Assembly: GCA_018985225.1 (NCBI GenBank)
Contig: JADGIF010000471.1
Span: 1-8,033, forward strand
Reading direction: 5' to 3'
Length of the DNA stretch: 8,033 bases
DNA from: Amoeboradix gromovi X-113
Taxonomy: Eukaryota; Fungi; Sanchytriomycota
Shown: one piece after another, positions 7,816 to 8,033 of the stretch
Layout of the letters: the number at the start of each line of letters is the position of its first letter
Position numbering within the stretch: the first letter of the stretch is position 1
Program-made: the position numbers and the translations under genes
Notes under the pieces: model-generated
Databases searched by the model: none
The model's input: only the letters and a program-made list of their open reading frames with translations
Told to the model about the DNA's origin: nothing

Positions 7816-8033
7816 TTCTATTATACCAATATTCTTTCATTGATTGTATTCCTCTTTTTAAAATAAACTAGAAGACCCTGCATCTCGTTGAAATATATGA
7901 GGTCTTTGAGCATCTAAGCAAAAGGTGCATTTTCTTAGACGGTACTCTTTTCTAGTGTCATTTTGTAATGTTGTACTAACATCATTACTCTTATCTATTT
8001 CTTTGAAGTGTAATAGTGATATTTTATTTGAAA
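7760..8033 (-). pseudogene. 3' end of a Fanzor/TnpB-like gene (Zn-finger CxxC plus RuvC-III RD), entering from the right edge, probably frameshifted
   Basis: Frame 8031-7858 is open: SNKISLLHFKEIDKSNDVSTTLQNDTRKEYRLRKCTFCLDAQRPHIFQRDAGSSSLF*. CTFC lies at 7929-7918 and RD at 7887-7882, matching the 'r.l.CxxC...w.RD.na..ni' pattern. Adding one T at TTATTTTAAAAAG continues it as LKRGIQSMKEYWYNRRRTFIKFPSYGALPLKTS* (stop 7762-7760). Missed by the ORF track (short, no start in window). Confidence 0.55.

Noticed and set aside
7855-7866. Programmed frameshift at TTATTTTAAAAAG
   Set aside because: The slippery-like run is not in the register needed for a -1 tandem slip. A mutation or homopolymer error is simpler.

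Overview
AT-rich, gene-dense eukaryotic DNA with three apparently intronless housekeeping genes: an Angel-type CCR4/EEP phosphatase (1129-2154, +), the axonemal WD40/coiled-coil protein CFAP57/WDR65 (2447-5611, +) and a divergent Rna14/CstF-77 HAT protein (5812-7680, -). CFAP57 implies a flagellated or basal-body-bearing organism. The compact, intronless, fast-evolving style suggests an early-diverging zoosporic fungus or relative (inference). The two window ends, empty in the ORF track, hold the most interesting signal. Manual minus-strand translation shows ordered, degraded motifs resembling a Fanzor1 (eukaryotic TnpB-like RNA-guided nuclease) at 1-480. It also shows a Fanzor/TnpB-like C-terminus (CxxC then RD) at 7858-8033, followed by a hairpin-dense segment (7680-7815) where an omegaRNA scaffold would be expected, directly against the RNA14 start codon. 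The Fanzor calls rest on motif recognition by eye and need an HMM search. All three host genes also share an ATG-proximal motif and have AATAAA at or next to their stop codons.
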